Shown piece by piece: positions 13,901-27,249 of a stretch of DNA of 64,000 nt; position 1 is the first letter of the stretch; every line of letters starts with the position of its first letter. Below the pieces are notes generated by a model that was not told the DNA's origin, ran no database searches, and saw nothing but the letters and a program-made list of their open reading frames with translations. The translations under genes were made by a program, and so were the position numbers. Source of the stretch: Octopus bimaculoides (lineage: Eukaryota); assembly GCF_001194135.2 (NCBI RefSeq), contig NC_068983.1:33180740-33244739 (forward strand). Reading direction: 5' to 3'.

Positions 13901-14303
13901 TGGAGACATATGAGAGTTGAGTTATGCCGGCAGTGGTTTATTTACTTCATCAGTCTCTCTTATAGTAGATTCTGATTGGTTCTCAATGTTTTGAGAAGAT
14001 CGGTTAGCATCAATAGAGCTGGAATAACAACTGCAATTTGTGACAGTCATTTGTATGTATGTACGTACGTATGTATGTATGTACGTATGTATGTACGTAC
14101 GTATGTATGTATGTATGTATGTACGTATGCATGTACGTATGTATATATATATATATATATATATAAAGCAGAAAATGGAGAAATGCTTGATTTAGATTTG
14201 ATTCCTCATAAATTCATGTCTATCTTTGTCATTGCCTGTATCCTCTGAGCATAATATGCTTGCCAGGATTAACATGGGTAATTATACTGGTAGTAAAATG
14301 GAT

Positions 14304-14453
14304 ATTAATAGTTATCGCCAAGCCAACATGGCAGTCCTAAAAATAGGACGAATGCTGCCAATGATTAGTTCCAAGAGGCCTCTTGGAGCTAATTAACGGC
14401 AGCATTCGTCCTATTTTTAGGACTGCCATGTTGGCTTGGCGATAGCTATTAAT
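14304..14453. repeat. 150-bp spacer-less palindrome
   Basis: Two 75-bp arms centred on GAGG|CCTC, differing at 5 positions. Confidence 0.95.
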
Positions 14454-14575
14454 TTCCAGTACTGCCTCCGTAGTCTCTTTTAGAGAGACTTAGAAATACT
14501 ACTTTTTCTAAAATGGATATTTTTATCCCTTAAATGGTTATTCTAACCTCTAACTCTACTAAGCTATATATATAT

Positions 14576-14889
14576 GTTGTTGGCACTCTGTCGCTTACGA
14601 CGTCGAGGGTTCCAGTTGATCCGATCAACGGAACAGTCTGCTCGGGAAATTAATGTGCAAGTGGCTGAGCACTCCACAGACAGTGTGACAAGGCTGACCC
14701 TTTGAATTACAGGCACAACAGAAACAGGAAGTAAGAGTGAGAGAAAGTTGTGGTGAAAGAATACAGCAGGGTTCACCACCATCCCCTGCCGGAGCCTCGT
14801 GGAGCTTTAGGGGTTTTCGCTCAATAAACACTCACAACACCCGGTCTGGGAATCGAAACCGCGATCCTATGACCGTGAGTGCGCTGCGC
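14576..14889 (-). mobile_element. SINE family E (tRNA-like head, truncated at gap)
   Basis: Reverse complement of the copy at 49880. B-box-like GGTTTCGATTCCC. Confidence 0.85.
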
Positions 14890-15655
14890 NNNNNNNNNNN
14901 NNNNNNNNNNNNNNNNNNNNNNNNNNNNNNNNNNNNNNNNNNNNNNNNNNNNNNNNNNNNNNNNNNNNNNNNNNNNNNNNNNNNNNNNNNNNNNNNNNNN
15001 NNNNNNNNNNNNNNNNNNNNNNNNNNNNNNNNNNNNNNNNNNNNNNNNNNNNNNNNNNNNNNNNNNNNNNNNNNNNNNNNNNNNNNNNNNNNNNNNNNNN
15101 NNNNNNNNNNNNNNNNNNNNNNNNNNNNNNNNNNNNNNNNNNNNNNNNNNNNNNNNNNNNNNNNNNNNNNNNNNNNNNATATATAGGATGATACGATCAT
15201 CAATAATAAAATTGGAAGCTGTATAATAAAGGTGTGTCCTTCGAAATTGATGGCTCTTTATCTTTGACTCTTGTAGAAACATAATATCCTATTATAGCCT
15301 TCTGAATTAGTGAATTCTTTTATATATTTCTCTTGATAACTAGTTCTTGAGTAATTTCCATATACCAACAGGCAAGAATATTTAATTTCTTATATAATGG
15401 GTTCATCATATGTTAAAAAATGGTAACATGTTGAGAAAACAACAGAAAAAGCAAAAAAAAAAAAAGCATTAAGTTATCCATCAAAATTAAATATCTGTTA
15501 ACAGTAGTGTCTTCCTTACGCTTGTGCATTTTATACATATAATACTGAAGGCTTGAAGATACTATATGATTTTACATATGAACAGATGAACACAAGTATT
15601 CTGAATGTGACATCTGAATAGATGAATGCATGTCACACCCATCTTGATGATTAAT

Positions 15656-16280
<625 letters not shown>

Positions 16281-17084
16281 CAATCATGTTTCATTCAGCA
16301 AAATGAAACTCAGAGTAATATTCCAAAAAGTTGAACTTATAATCAAATATACAAACTCTATGCATCCGGTACTTTTCTTTCATTGATAAACACACATGCT
16401 CACAGTTCAATGCCTCATAATGAGGCATAAAATTCTAACTCATCACAAGTATTAAATCTCTTTTTTCTATGTGTCATCATACCATGAGTACTATGCATCA
16501 TCTTATATATATGTGTGTATACATACATGAAATGTGTCTATTTAGCATGCTTACTCTAGAAAGAATGAATGCATTTTGCATGATTTTCTGAAACTTATAT
16601 TATAAAAAGAAGTAGATCTTTGTCTGTCTGTCACAACATCAATTTGAGGGAGGGAGAGAACGGTAGGAATCAAAATATATATCACAATATGAATTTAGAA
16701 AGAGAGGAGAAAAAGTTGTTGAGAGAGAAACACAGTGAAAAAGAGTGAGAGAGAAAGAGAGAGGGGAGGGAGAGAGACAGTGTGTGTGTGTGTGTGTGGA
16801 AGATAGATAGATAGATAAGTAGGTAGGTATGTAGGTAGTGTTGTCACCATAGTCACTAACAAGTTTTGATTAAAAAAGTGGGAATTTTAAGGGCAAGTCT
16901 GTCAACACAATGCAACACAGCTTTAAAAAGCTTTCATTATATAAGAATATAGATTGTTAGTGTTTTGGTTGTTTGTATGCATGTGCATATTTCTGTATGC
17001 ATGGGTGTGCATGCATGTGAGTGTGTCTATGTGTTTCTGTATGTCTTTCAACATAGAGACAATGCAATACATACTTTAAAAAAA

Positions 17085-17880
17085 GGCTTTTACTATAATG
17101 AAAGGTTGCTATTGTTGTTGTTGCTGAGAGAAATTGAGAAGAGAGAGACAGCCATACAGAGAGGGTATGTGCGTGTGTGTGAGTGCATGTGCTCATATGT
17201 GTGTATGTTTGTGTGTATGCGTGAAAGAAATAAAAGTTGGTTTCAAGAAAAAAACAGATCCTTGTTGATGTTGAGAGAGAAATAGTGAGAGAGGGAGAGA
17301 GAGAGAGAGGGAGAGAGAGAGAGAGAGACGTAGACAGTGTATGTGTGTGTATGTGAGTGTGTGCTTATGTGTGTGTGTGAGTGTGTGAAAGAAGTAGAAC
17401 TGGTTTAAGAATAGCAAGCCCTTGTTGTTGAGAGAGAAATAGTGAGAAGAAGAAGAAGAGAGAGATAGACAGTGTATGTGTGTGTGTATACGAGTGTATG
17501 TCTGTGCTCATATGTGTGTGTTTGTATGTGTGAGTACATGTGCTCATATGTGTGTATGTACTCATATATGTGTGTGGGTATGTGTAAGTGCGTGTGCTCA
17601 TATGTATGTGAAAGAATTAAAATTGGTTTCAAGAAAAAAACAGGTCTTTGTTGTTAAAATACAGTGAGAGAGAGAGAGAGAGAAAGAGAGGAGAGACAGA
17701 GAGTGTACGTGTGTGTGTGTGTATGTGTGTGTATGCATGAAAGAATTAAAATTGGTTTGAGGAAAATAAACAGATCATTGGTGTTGTTGAGAGAGAAATA
17801 CAGTGAGAGAGAGAGAAAGTGAGGGTGTGTGTATGTGTGTGTAAAAGATAGACAGATAGGTAGACTGTTGTTACCATAGT
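17085..17880. repeat. Compound minisatellite of 150-220 bp units
   Basis: Unit AAAGAATTAAAATTGGTTTCAAGAAAAAAACAG..GTTGTT..(GA)n..(GT)n recurs at about 17224, 17386, 17610 and 17738. Confidence 0.75.
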
Positions 17881-18934
17881 AACTAACGAGACTTTCACAA
17901 TATAACAGTCTACAATGAAAAGAAGGTACGTGCATGATTAACAAATATTTTTATTGGCAGTGATGGGGATGCTGGGGCTGGAGGAATGGCTAGCAAGGGC
18001 GAATGGAGTGCAGTGGTTTGGCCATGTGTTCAGGAGGGATGAGGAGCATGTTCTAAGGAGGGTGCTTGAGTTTGAGGTAAATGGAGTGTGAAAGAGAAGT
18101 AGATCCAGGAGGACAGGTGGAGGAGGAGATTGGGAGGGTTAGCTTGAGAAGGGAGGATGCCCAAAACAGGGCAAGATGGCGAAAGGGTGTGAGGGCAGTT
18201 GCAATGGCATTGAGGCAGATCCTGCCACCCCCATTAACGGGGACAAAACCCTGATTTTAAACACTGGATGATGATGATGATGATGATGATGTAGAGACAG
18301 GTAAAGACCTAGTATAATATAAGTAAAATCAGAATAACTTGCGAAGCAAAGACAAAGACCCCTTGACTGACTGGAGTTGAGTAGAGAATGAGATACCTTT
18401 ATGCAAAGTGTTGAGAGGCTAAAGTATGACAGATGTATCTTTCTATAGACTAGGTACATGGCTTGACCCCAACCTGACCCCTGTATAATATAGGGATAAG
18501 CTGGAAAGAAGACACTGATAGTGGGTAAAGAAAAATAAGAATTCATTTGAAGAAATTCTTGATAGGAGGAGTTCCAACCACGTTTCGTGGTTCACTACAT
18601 CAACAGCTCCTTTATAGGATCCAGTGGCTGAAGACATCATCAGGAGGAACCACGTCTGGCTTCGGCCCCACATCATCAGCATCATCCTTATTTAACATCC
18701 ATGTTCCTTACTGGCATAGGTTGGACTGCTGATGCACGCACACACAAACACACACACACACACATACATTTCCACACACATCCACTCACAGACGTGCACA
18801 CACATACACCCACGGATCTGCACACTCACATGCATATATATCCACATGTGTGAACACATGTAAAGGATTAATTTGATTAAAGATTGCTTCAATCAAACAC
18901 TCAGTCCTTGAGTCATTTATGTAACTTTACATCA

Positions 18935-19200
18935 GATGAAATTAAACACACACATGCATGCACACACATGCACATATACATACATGCACATACACACACA
19001 TACACGCATATACAGACACATACACACACATACGCACACACATACACACACACATAGACACATACACACTCATACACACACATGCACACACATGCACACA
19101 CACATACACATACATACACACATACACATCTACACACATATGCACACACACATACATGCATACACATGCACACGCACACACACATACACACACATACACA
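18935..19200. repeat. Degenerate (CA)n/(CATA)n tract
   Basis: Seen directly. It explains the HT/CV-rich pseudo-ORFs. Confidence 0.95.
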
Positions 19201-19929
19201 CAAAGGAAAAAAATACACTGCATATACAAATGTCTATGATTACATTCACAGCAGTATCAGAATCAGTAATATCCATGAATTAGTAATGAGAGGAAAGAAA
19301 AATGAAACACAGAGAGAGGGGGGGGGGANNNNNNNNNNNNNNNNNNNNNNNNNNNNNNNNNNNNNNNNNNNNNNNNNNNNNNNNNNNNNNNNNNNNNNNN
19401 NNNNNNNNNNNNNNNNNNNNNNNNNNNNNNNNNNNNNNNNNNNNNNNNNNNNNNNNNNNNNNNNNNNNNAGAGAGAGAGAGAGAGAGAGAATGAGTGGAA
19501 TGAGAAAAACATCTGAAATCTGTAAAATTTAGAATGAAAGAAAAAAGAGAGGAAAAGGAAATCGTTTGTGCAAAACGAAGGGGGAGGGTTTAAACATGTT
19601 TAGCTTTAGTTAACAAGCAAAAATTATCTGGTCAGCTATGTATTTTAGGGATCATGAATTTCTTTACATAATTCCAGTGCTAATTTACAGCGAAATGTTT
19701 GTATTTTCCTGCATTTGAAATTTGCATTTGTGATTTTTTGCTTGGTTTCAGTGATGCCGCTCGCAATGGTGATTGATGCATGTGTGTAATCTGTTTGTGT
19801 AAAGAAATAAAAGATGGCAAATGGATTAATGGTGTAAGAGCTGTTATTTAAACTCTAATTTATTCTTCTCAAAGGTGATAGTAAATTAGTACAGAAGCTA
19901 AGGATATAAGAAGATTATATGTATGTATA

Positions 19930-20725
19930 TATGTATGTCTCTTCTATTTTTTAATTATTATAAATCTTCCACTGAGGAGGGAACTGGTTTCTAACAAAGA
20001 TAGAAGGCTACATCTTTGAGATGTAGTTAACACAGGCAAATTCACGTTTGGAATTTGAGAAAAGTATTGTATATTTTTATTGTTCCACTCACACATTGCA
20101 CTTGTAATGTACAAATTAGCTGGTTGATTTCTTTTTCTGAAAATCCCAGTTTATCCAGATTATCCTTTAAGCATTTACTAACAAAACCTAGTGCTCCAAT
20201 TATTACTGGTACAAATATGAATTCATAGTCTGGATATAAACACTGGAAGTTTCAAAGCAGTTGTCCACAGATATCCTCTTTTTCTCAGATTTTCAAGGAG
20301 ATATTTATATCTGCAGGGCAGCTTACCTCTATGATGGGACATACCTTTGCCCCTCCTTCCCAAACAACAATATCCAGCCTGTTATGTTGACATTTGACAG
20401 AAGTTTTGATGAGAATATTCCACCAGTAGTCCTTGAGTTGGTGTTTATGAATGTATTCCATAACAGAGGGATTTTCTAACTTTATTTCAGGATGGTCTTT
20501 TTTGCAGATGGCATTGTAAACTGTTTTAGCAACAACACTGTGCCGCGTAGGGAGCTAGTACCGTGTCAACATTTTAGGACAGCTGCTAATCACATGTGTA
20601 ATGTCTTCCATAGAAACATGACATAGCCTACACATGTGGTTGCACCTTGGGATTACAAGAGCGTCACTGTATCTCTTGTTCACCAGGTACTTTGTGGCAA
20701 TCTCCTGTTCCTGGATTGCAAATGC
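19930..20725 (-). mobile_element. R4/Dong-like non-LTR 3' end (CCHC knuckle + REL endonuclease)
   Basis: FAIQEQEIATKYL, CRLCHVSMEDITHVISSCPKM..RH, HNRLDIVVW, IIEVSCPADINI, YLDKLGFSEKEINQLI. Confidence 0.85.
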
Positions 20726-21120
20726 ATATATATTTATTTTAATATTTCACTAAGGCTTAAGGCAGTGAGCTGGCAGAATCTTTATTGCATGGGAAAAAAT
20801 GCAACGCTGCATTTCTTATGACCTTATGATTTGAGTTCGATTACTGCTAGGGTTGCCTTTGTCTTTCATCCTTTTGGAATCAATAAAATAAATGTCAGTA
20901 CATCATTGGGGTTGATGTAATCGACTTAAACCCTTACCTGAAATTGCTGATATTGTGCCTCAATTTGAGACCAATATTTCACTTAGGCATAAATGATATT
21001 ACTAATGTTCACAAGCACTCAGTTACGAGTACATTGCATCTTATAGCAGAAACAACTGTAAGCTACTGAAGTTCATTACATATTTTGTTTCCTTGTCATT
21101 TATTTAATTTCCTGAACACA

Positions 21121-22140
21121 CATTAGAGTGTTTGGAAAATAAATGCATTTTTTTCACCACTATGAAATATGAATCAACCAACCATGTCAGAGCTAAGGTT
21201 GAATGGGTGGCAACTGTCTAAAATAGTATATCATCTCTTCTATCTGGTAGTGTGTCATTCATAGTTATTTCAGTAATTAACTTCACGGAGGATAAGAACT
21301 TTATGAAACAGCATAGTCACTGTAGCTTACTGTATAAGTTTCAAAAGAAAATTACCACTACAGAAGCAATAAAAAACATTTATATCCAGATGCAGTGAAA
21401 GCTTATTCATGTCAGTTGTAGTTTAAAAGGTTTCAAGATGGCGATTGTAACATATCGAACAAGCCTTGCTCTGAAAGACCCACTCTGAATGACGACCTTT
21501 TGAAAGAAATTACAGTATCGGATCCACATCAAAGCACCAGAGATTTGGTGTAAAAATTTAATCTGTCACGTGCAACTATCCACAAACATCTCAAGCAAAT
21601 TGTGAAAACATGCAAAGAGGGAATTTGAGTTCCACAAGAGTTTACACTTGAGAACAGAACACAATGTTCCACCATCTGTAGTAGTATTCTAACTTGGAAT
21701 AACAACCTGACATTTCTTCAATGCATTGTTACAGGTGATGAAAAATGGGTTTTGCATCACAACAGTATCTGAAAAAGACAATGGTTATCATGTAATGAGA
21801 AGCCAGTGCCAACACCAAAACCAGAACTCCATCCACAAAACTTCTTGCTCTGTGTTTGGTGGAACAAGAGAGGTATCATCCATTATGAGCTACTGGAACA
21901 TAGAAAGACCATCAATGCAAATGTCTATTGCCAACAACTTGACTGTGTAAATGAAAAATTATGTTGAAAGTGGCCAGCTTTGGTAAACAGAGAAAGTGTT
22001 ATTCTCCAGCATGACAATGCATGGTGACACTCTTCAAAATAAACCCAAGAAAAAAATAAGATCATTAGAATGGGAAGTTCTTCTACATCCTCTACACTCA
22101 TCTATCTTTGCCCCTATGGATTTCCATTTGTTCTAATCAC
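21121..22140 (+). mobile_element. mariner transposase remnant
   Basis: IVTGDEKWVL, PKPELHPQK, GIIHYELL..TINANVYCQQL, VILQHDNA, WEVLLHP. Many stops and frameshifts. Confidence 0.9.
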
Positions 22141-22559
22141 TAGAATAGGTATAGGGACAGTGCACAGTGCATATGAGAATACACAAAATATTCGTAGGAC
22201 TTCATATTTGCTGTTGTGGATTGGTCTTCTCAAGTGCAATGAATTGCCTATAATCTCAGAGTTGGGTTACATAAATGGGCCAGCTCTGACCCTGTGCCTC
22301 TAGATGAGAAAAGAACAACTGGGAGAGAGTGTCTGTGGCTTTGAACAAAGCAACCATGTTTTTGTGGGGTTTCCACAACCAACCTGAGAAGTATTCTTTT
22401 ACTTGTTTCAGTCATTTTGACTGTGGCCATGTTGGAGCACTGCCTTTTACTCGAACAGATCAACCCCAAGACTTATTCTTTGTAAGCCTTGTACTTATTC
22501 TATTGGTCTCTTTTGCTGAACTGCTAGTTACGGGGATATAAACACACCAGCATCCGTTG

Positions 22560-22800
22560 TCAAGCAATGGTGGAGGAACAAACACGGACACAAACATACG
22601 CATACACATGCACAAACATATATATATATATATATACATATATACGACGGGCTTCTTTCAGTTTCCATCTACCAAATCCACTCACAAGGCTTTGGTGAGT
22701 CCAAGGCAATAGTAGAAGACACTTGCCCAAGGTGCCACACAGTGGGACTGAACTCAGAACCATGTGGTTGGTAAGCAAGCTACTTACCACATTGCCACTC
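22560..22800 (-). mobile_element. SINE family B (tRNA-like head)
   Basis: GGAGTGGCAATGTGGTAAGTAGCTTGCTTACCAACCACATGGTTCTGAGTTCAGTCCCAC. Copies at about 11260, 34688, 35752, 40490, 46300, 56400. Confidence 0.85.
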
Positions 22801-23243
22801 CTGCACCTAAGGAATTTTTCTTTTATGCTTTTGTTTATGTTATTTCTCTTTTTTTTTTAAGTAACCATCCACCTTATCATCCTGTACCGTCTTCAATCTT
22901 TAGTCAACCCTTGTAATTAATAAAACAGAGCATTATTTTTTTTCTTTTACCCAGCTGACAATAAAAATGAAGCTGAAATCACTATCAACAATAAAATGGA
23001 ACAAAAAGAAAAGAATTTTTTCTTAATTGTTAATGCAATAAGTGGCAGAAAATGGAAGACAGAAGGCTTGTGTAGGAATTGTTAAGATCAATGATAATGA
23101 ATATCTGACTAAAACACATGATTGGTTTGGAAGTCATAGGCAGACATGTCAACAGTAAAAATGCAGGTGTTTGGTGATGCATGTGCTTTAATAACAACAC
23201 ATATATGCATGCTTGTGTGCATGCACACACACACAGAGACTCA

Positions 23244-23281
<38 letters not shown>

Positions 23282-23435
23282 TACACACACACACACAGAC
23301 ACACACAAAACTGTGTTTCTTCAAAACTCTCCTTAAAATGCAAATTTTAAAACAGAATTGTACAGAAATACATTTTCAAGAGTGCAATGCAATTAGAAAC
23401 TAATGATATTTTCAAATCCTATAAAAAAGTGAAAA

Positions 23436-23654
23436 CATTATTCACATTATTTACATTCGATGGATATTTGTCGTCATCTTGTATGTTGTTAATGCAACGT
23501 TTCGGCTGATATACCCTCCAGCCTTCTTCAGGTGTCTTGGGAAAATTTCGAACCTGGGTTCTCATTTCTGAACACTAATAATAATAATAATAATAATAAT
23601 AGCAGAGTATTGTAGTTCGCTTGAAGTATTGTGTATTGTTTTATATTCTTTACA

Positions 23655-23696
<42 letters not shown>

Positions 23697-24610
23697 AATA
23701 CTACTACTACTACTAATAATAATAATAGTAGGTGCCTTAGGTATAAATAGTAGGTGCCTTAGATATAAATAGTAGGTGCCTTAGGTATTAATAGTAGGTG
23801 CCTTAGGTATAAATAGTAGGTGCCTTAGGTATAATAAAAAAATAGTAGGTGCCTTAGGTATAATAAAAAAAAAAACAGAAACAATTCCTATCATAGTAGG
23901 TGCCTTAGGTATAATAAAAAAAAANNNNNNNNNNNNNNNNNNNNNNNNNNNNNNNNNNNNNNNNNNNNNNNNNNNNNNNNNNNNNNNNNNNNNNNNNNNN
24001 NNNNNNNNNNNNNNNNNNNNNNNNNNNNNNNNNNNNNNNNNNNNNNNNNNNNNNNNNNNNNNNNNNNNNNNNNNNNNNNNNNNNNNNNNNNNNNNNNNNN
24101 NNNNNNNNNNNNNNNNNNNNNNNNNNNNNNNNNNNNNNNNNNNNNNNNNNNNNNNNNNNNNNNNNNNNNNNNNNNNNNNNNNNNNNNNNNNNNNNNNNNN
24201 NNNNNNNNNNNNNNNNNNNNNNNNNNNNNNNNNNNNNNNNNNNNNNNNNNNNNNNNNNNNNNNNNNNNNNNNNNNNNNNNNNCTACGCAAAACACTTTCA
24301 ATACAGTAAACATAAGAGCACCACAGCAAAACACACCACATACCCAAGGCGCACAGAGCTGCGCTTGGTAGTGAAGTGAAAGCACGTTATAAAAATAGAA
24401 CTACTGAACAATAATAATTATAATAACAACAACATCGAAAAATACCTTAGGAATGAGAACCCAGGTTTGAAATTTCCCCAAGACACCTGAAGAAGGCAGG
24501 AGGGTATATCAGCCGAAACGTTGTGTTAACTACAAACAAGATGAGGACAAATATCTGTCGAATGTAAATAATGTAAATAATGTACATAATTCCTTATCTC
24601 TTAAATATAG
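23436..24610. mobile_element. Family F element with inverted tails and a 10-bp TSD, interrupted by an R4/Dong insertion
   Basis: Minus tail at 23436-23575 and plus tail at 24430-24610. AAAGTGAAAA flanks both sides (23426-23435 and 24611-24620). Confidence 0.8.
23724..24410 (+). mobile_element. R4/Dong-like 3' end inserted in (TAA)n, with reiterated 5' junction
   Basis: KTETIPIIVGALGIIKK, then a gap, then LRKTLSIQ* and a 3' UTR ending in (TAA)n. Confidence 0.8.
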
Positions 24611-24729
24611 AAAGTGAAAAAATGTACAAACCCCCAGTAGACACAGTATATTCAATCAACAACCTCACGATATTGTATACTGTGCAATGTCTATAACAAT
24701 AATAATAAAACTAATAATAATAATAATAA

Positions 24730-27170
24730 TTTCATGGATCATAGATATAGCATGCCCAACTGACAACAAGGTATGCGATAAGGAAGAAAGAAAAGTCGAT
24801 AGATATGACTGGTTAGCTTGGGAGGTTAAGCAGTTGTGGGCGATACTTATCTTGACCATCGTCATCATTAACACTGCCTCTAAACAGCAACGCCACCATA
24901 GGTTACGTGGAAACGATGTGTTTTCAAGGGAGATAATCAAAGAATGTAACATTGTAATACTTCATGTAAAGTAAANNNNNNNNNNTAATAATAATAACAA
25001 TAATAATAAGTATATGAGTATTACAGACAACATAAGAGAATTAATTAGCTTTAGCACGAAGAAATGGAAAGTAGATCTCTACTGAGACAGATTCCTGAAT
25101 GCAAACTGTAACTCTTCGGCAAAAATATGGGAATGGAATTTGGCATATATAAGTGTGCAATATTAGTCATGAAAATAGGTCAGGTAGTCAACAATGAAGG
25201 CATCCATTAAAAGAAGGAGAGAGTGATAAGTATCTAGGAGTATTAAAATCTGACAGAGTACTAATTATAGAGCAAAGCCAGCCAACAGCAACAACTCATA
25301 GAGTAACAACAATAACAATAATGATAACTACACTGTTATATTCTTTTCTACTCTAGGCACAAGGCCTGAAATTTTGGGGGAGGTGGGGGGGGGGCAGTCG
25401 ATTAGATATATGCCAGTACACAACTGGTACTTAATTTATTGACCCCGAATTTGAACTCAGAATGTAAAGACAGACAAAGTACCGCTAAACATTTTACCTA
25501 GTGTGCTAATGTTTCTGCCAGCTCGCTACCTTAACTACACTGTTATACTGGCTACAGAAGGTAGCTGCAAGGACAAAACCGACAATAATAATGGTGATCA
25601 GTAGTGGTCACAACTACTATAGTAATATAATAATAGTAATGGTAACAACAACAATAATGATGATGATAATAATTGTGGCAGACATAATAATAATCACTTT
25701 ATCTGCCACAAAGGCTCAATGATAATAACATTAATGTAAAGCTAAACATGTTTAATGAAACAGAAAGACAAATTAAAATGGTACACCAAATCACTTGTTC
25801 TGTGGCTAATCTGGAAGTATGTCCCTCAAAGGAGAGCTAGCCTAAGATTGAAAAGTCATCCACTGGCACATGCTCTTCTCCAAATATGAACCTGGATGAT
25901 CTCTTGAACAAGAACTGATCCATCTTGAGCCCTCCGAGTTCACCACAATAGCCATCACAAAAAGAAAAATGTAACAGGATAAAATGGACCCAGGAAGAGT
26001 ATAAAGTAATATATGCTTATTACTATGTATTAGGTAAGCCATCACAAGAAAGACACATCACAAATTCCTACAAGATTTGGAGAATACAAAATCAAGATAG
26101 CAGACCCTATTTAAATGAAAACAAGTTTGCAAATCCTTGGAAGGATACTGAAATAATCATGACCAAGCATGCAGTGGAAAATGACCTAAATATAAAACTG
26201 GAAGGAAATGAAAACTCAGATGAAGCAAGCAGCCAGTCACAAGTCTTAATTGCAAGACTGTCATCTGACCAAATCATGCAAAGGCCTGAAGAAATAAGAA
26301 ATTCTAATGGACCTGATAAAGATAGCCACGAATGTGATAAAGAAACAGTATTTGAAACCTGCACATTTGCTGAAGAACATAGAGTCTATGATGAAAAAGA
26401 AATAGAAAATTCTGAATGCGCTTGCAGTTTTAAGGCATACAAATATGAATGATAAAGAACCACTTCATAAACACCCAAATACAAACCAAAATAAAAATAA
26501 ATTAAAATTGACAACAATGTAACAAAAGAAACTGTACAAGAATTAAAACACGATCTAATTGAATTAAATGAAATTATTTAAGTATCTGCTAAGGCAATTA
26601 AAATAAGTTATAAAACTTTGGAAAAACAATGGAAACCAACTTGAGAAGAAAGCTACACAAGCAAAATTGAAAAGATATTGAATTAATGAAAGAGGAAATA
26701 TCAATATCAAATTAACTAATCTGTAGAAATGATGTAAGATCCAGAAAAGGAAGGAAGATGAAAAGAAAATATGGATTTTTAACAAGAGAAATGTTAAAAA
26801 CAAAAGAAACACTGTAAGAAAAAAATCAAGCAAAAGCTCAAAGAATACAAAGATCTGAGAAAAGAAAGAAGTTTTACAAGCAAAACATTTTACAGAGAAA
26901 TAGGGAAAGAGAAAATAACCATTGAAGACCCCACTCCCATAGAAGCCGAAAACTTTTGGCAAAAGATTTGGGGTGATGAGAAGACATACTATGAAAGTAC
27001 AGATTAGATTAGGCACATAGGAAGGATCCAACCAAAATTTACAAGAACAAGCATAAATCCCTAAGGATAAATCCCTTAGCAGTTCCAGTTGTTACTTATA
27101 GCTTCAATGGCTTCTGTGTTGAACTGGAACATCAGTGAAATAAAGAAAATAGATAGAAAAATTTACTGAT
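24730..27170 (+). mobile_element. R4/Dong-like fragments (REL, RT and N-terminal region)
   Basis: IIDIACPTD..KEERKVDRYDWLAWEVKQLW (24730); MGMEFGIYKCAILVM..KYLGV (25130); RIKWTQEEYKVIYAYYY (25975); KTFYREIGKEKI..ENFWQKIWG (26880); LAVPVVTYSF (27075). These may be several separate insertions. Confidence 0.75.
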
Positions 27171-27249
27171 CTATGTGAGCATGAGAAAATTATCATTAAA
27201 AAGATGTTTGAATATAGGTGTGTTGATGTATGTTCCATTCAAGAGATCA

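Noticed and set aside
18139-18546. 135-aa minus ORF with acceptor and donor-like sites
   Set aside because: It runs into a (CAT)n tract and RTE 3' sequence, and the peptide resembles nothing I recognise.
23724-23924. CRISPR-like array of 22-bp repeats
   Set aside because: There are no unique spacers, the repeat is LINE coding sequence, and the context is eukaryotic.
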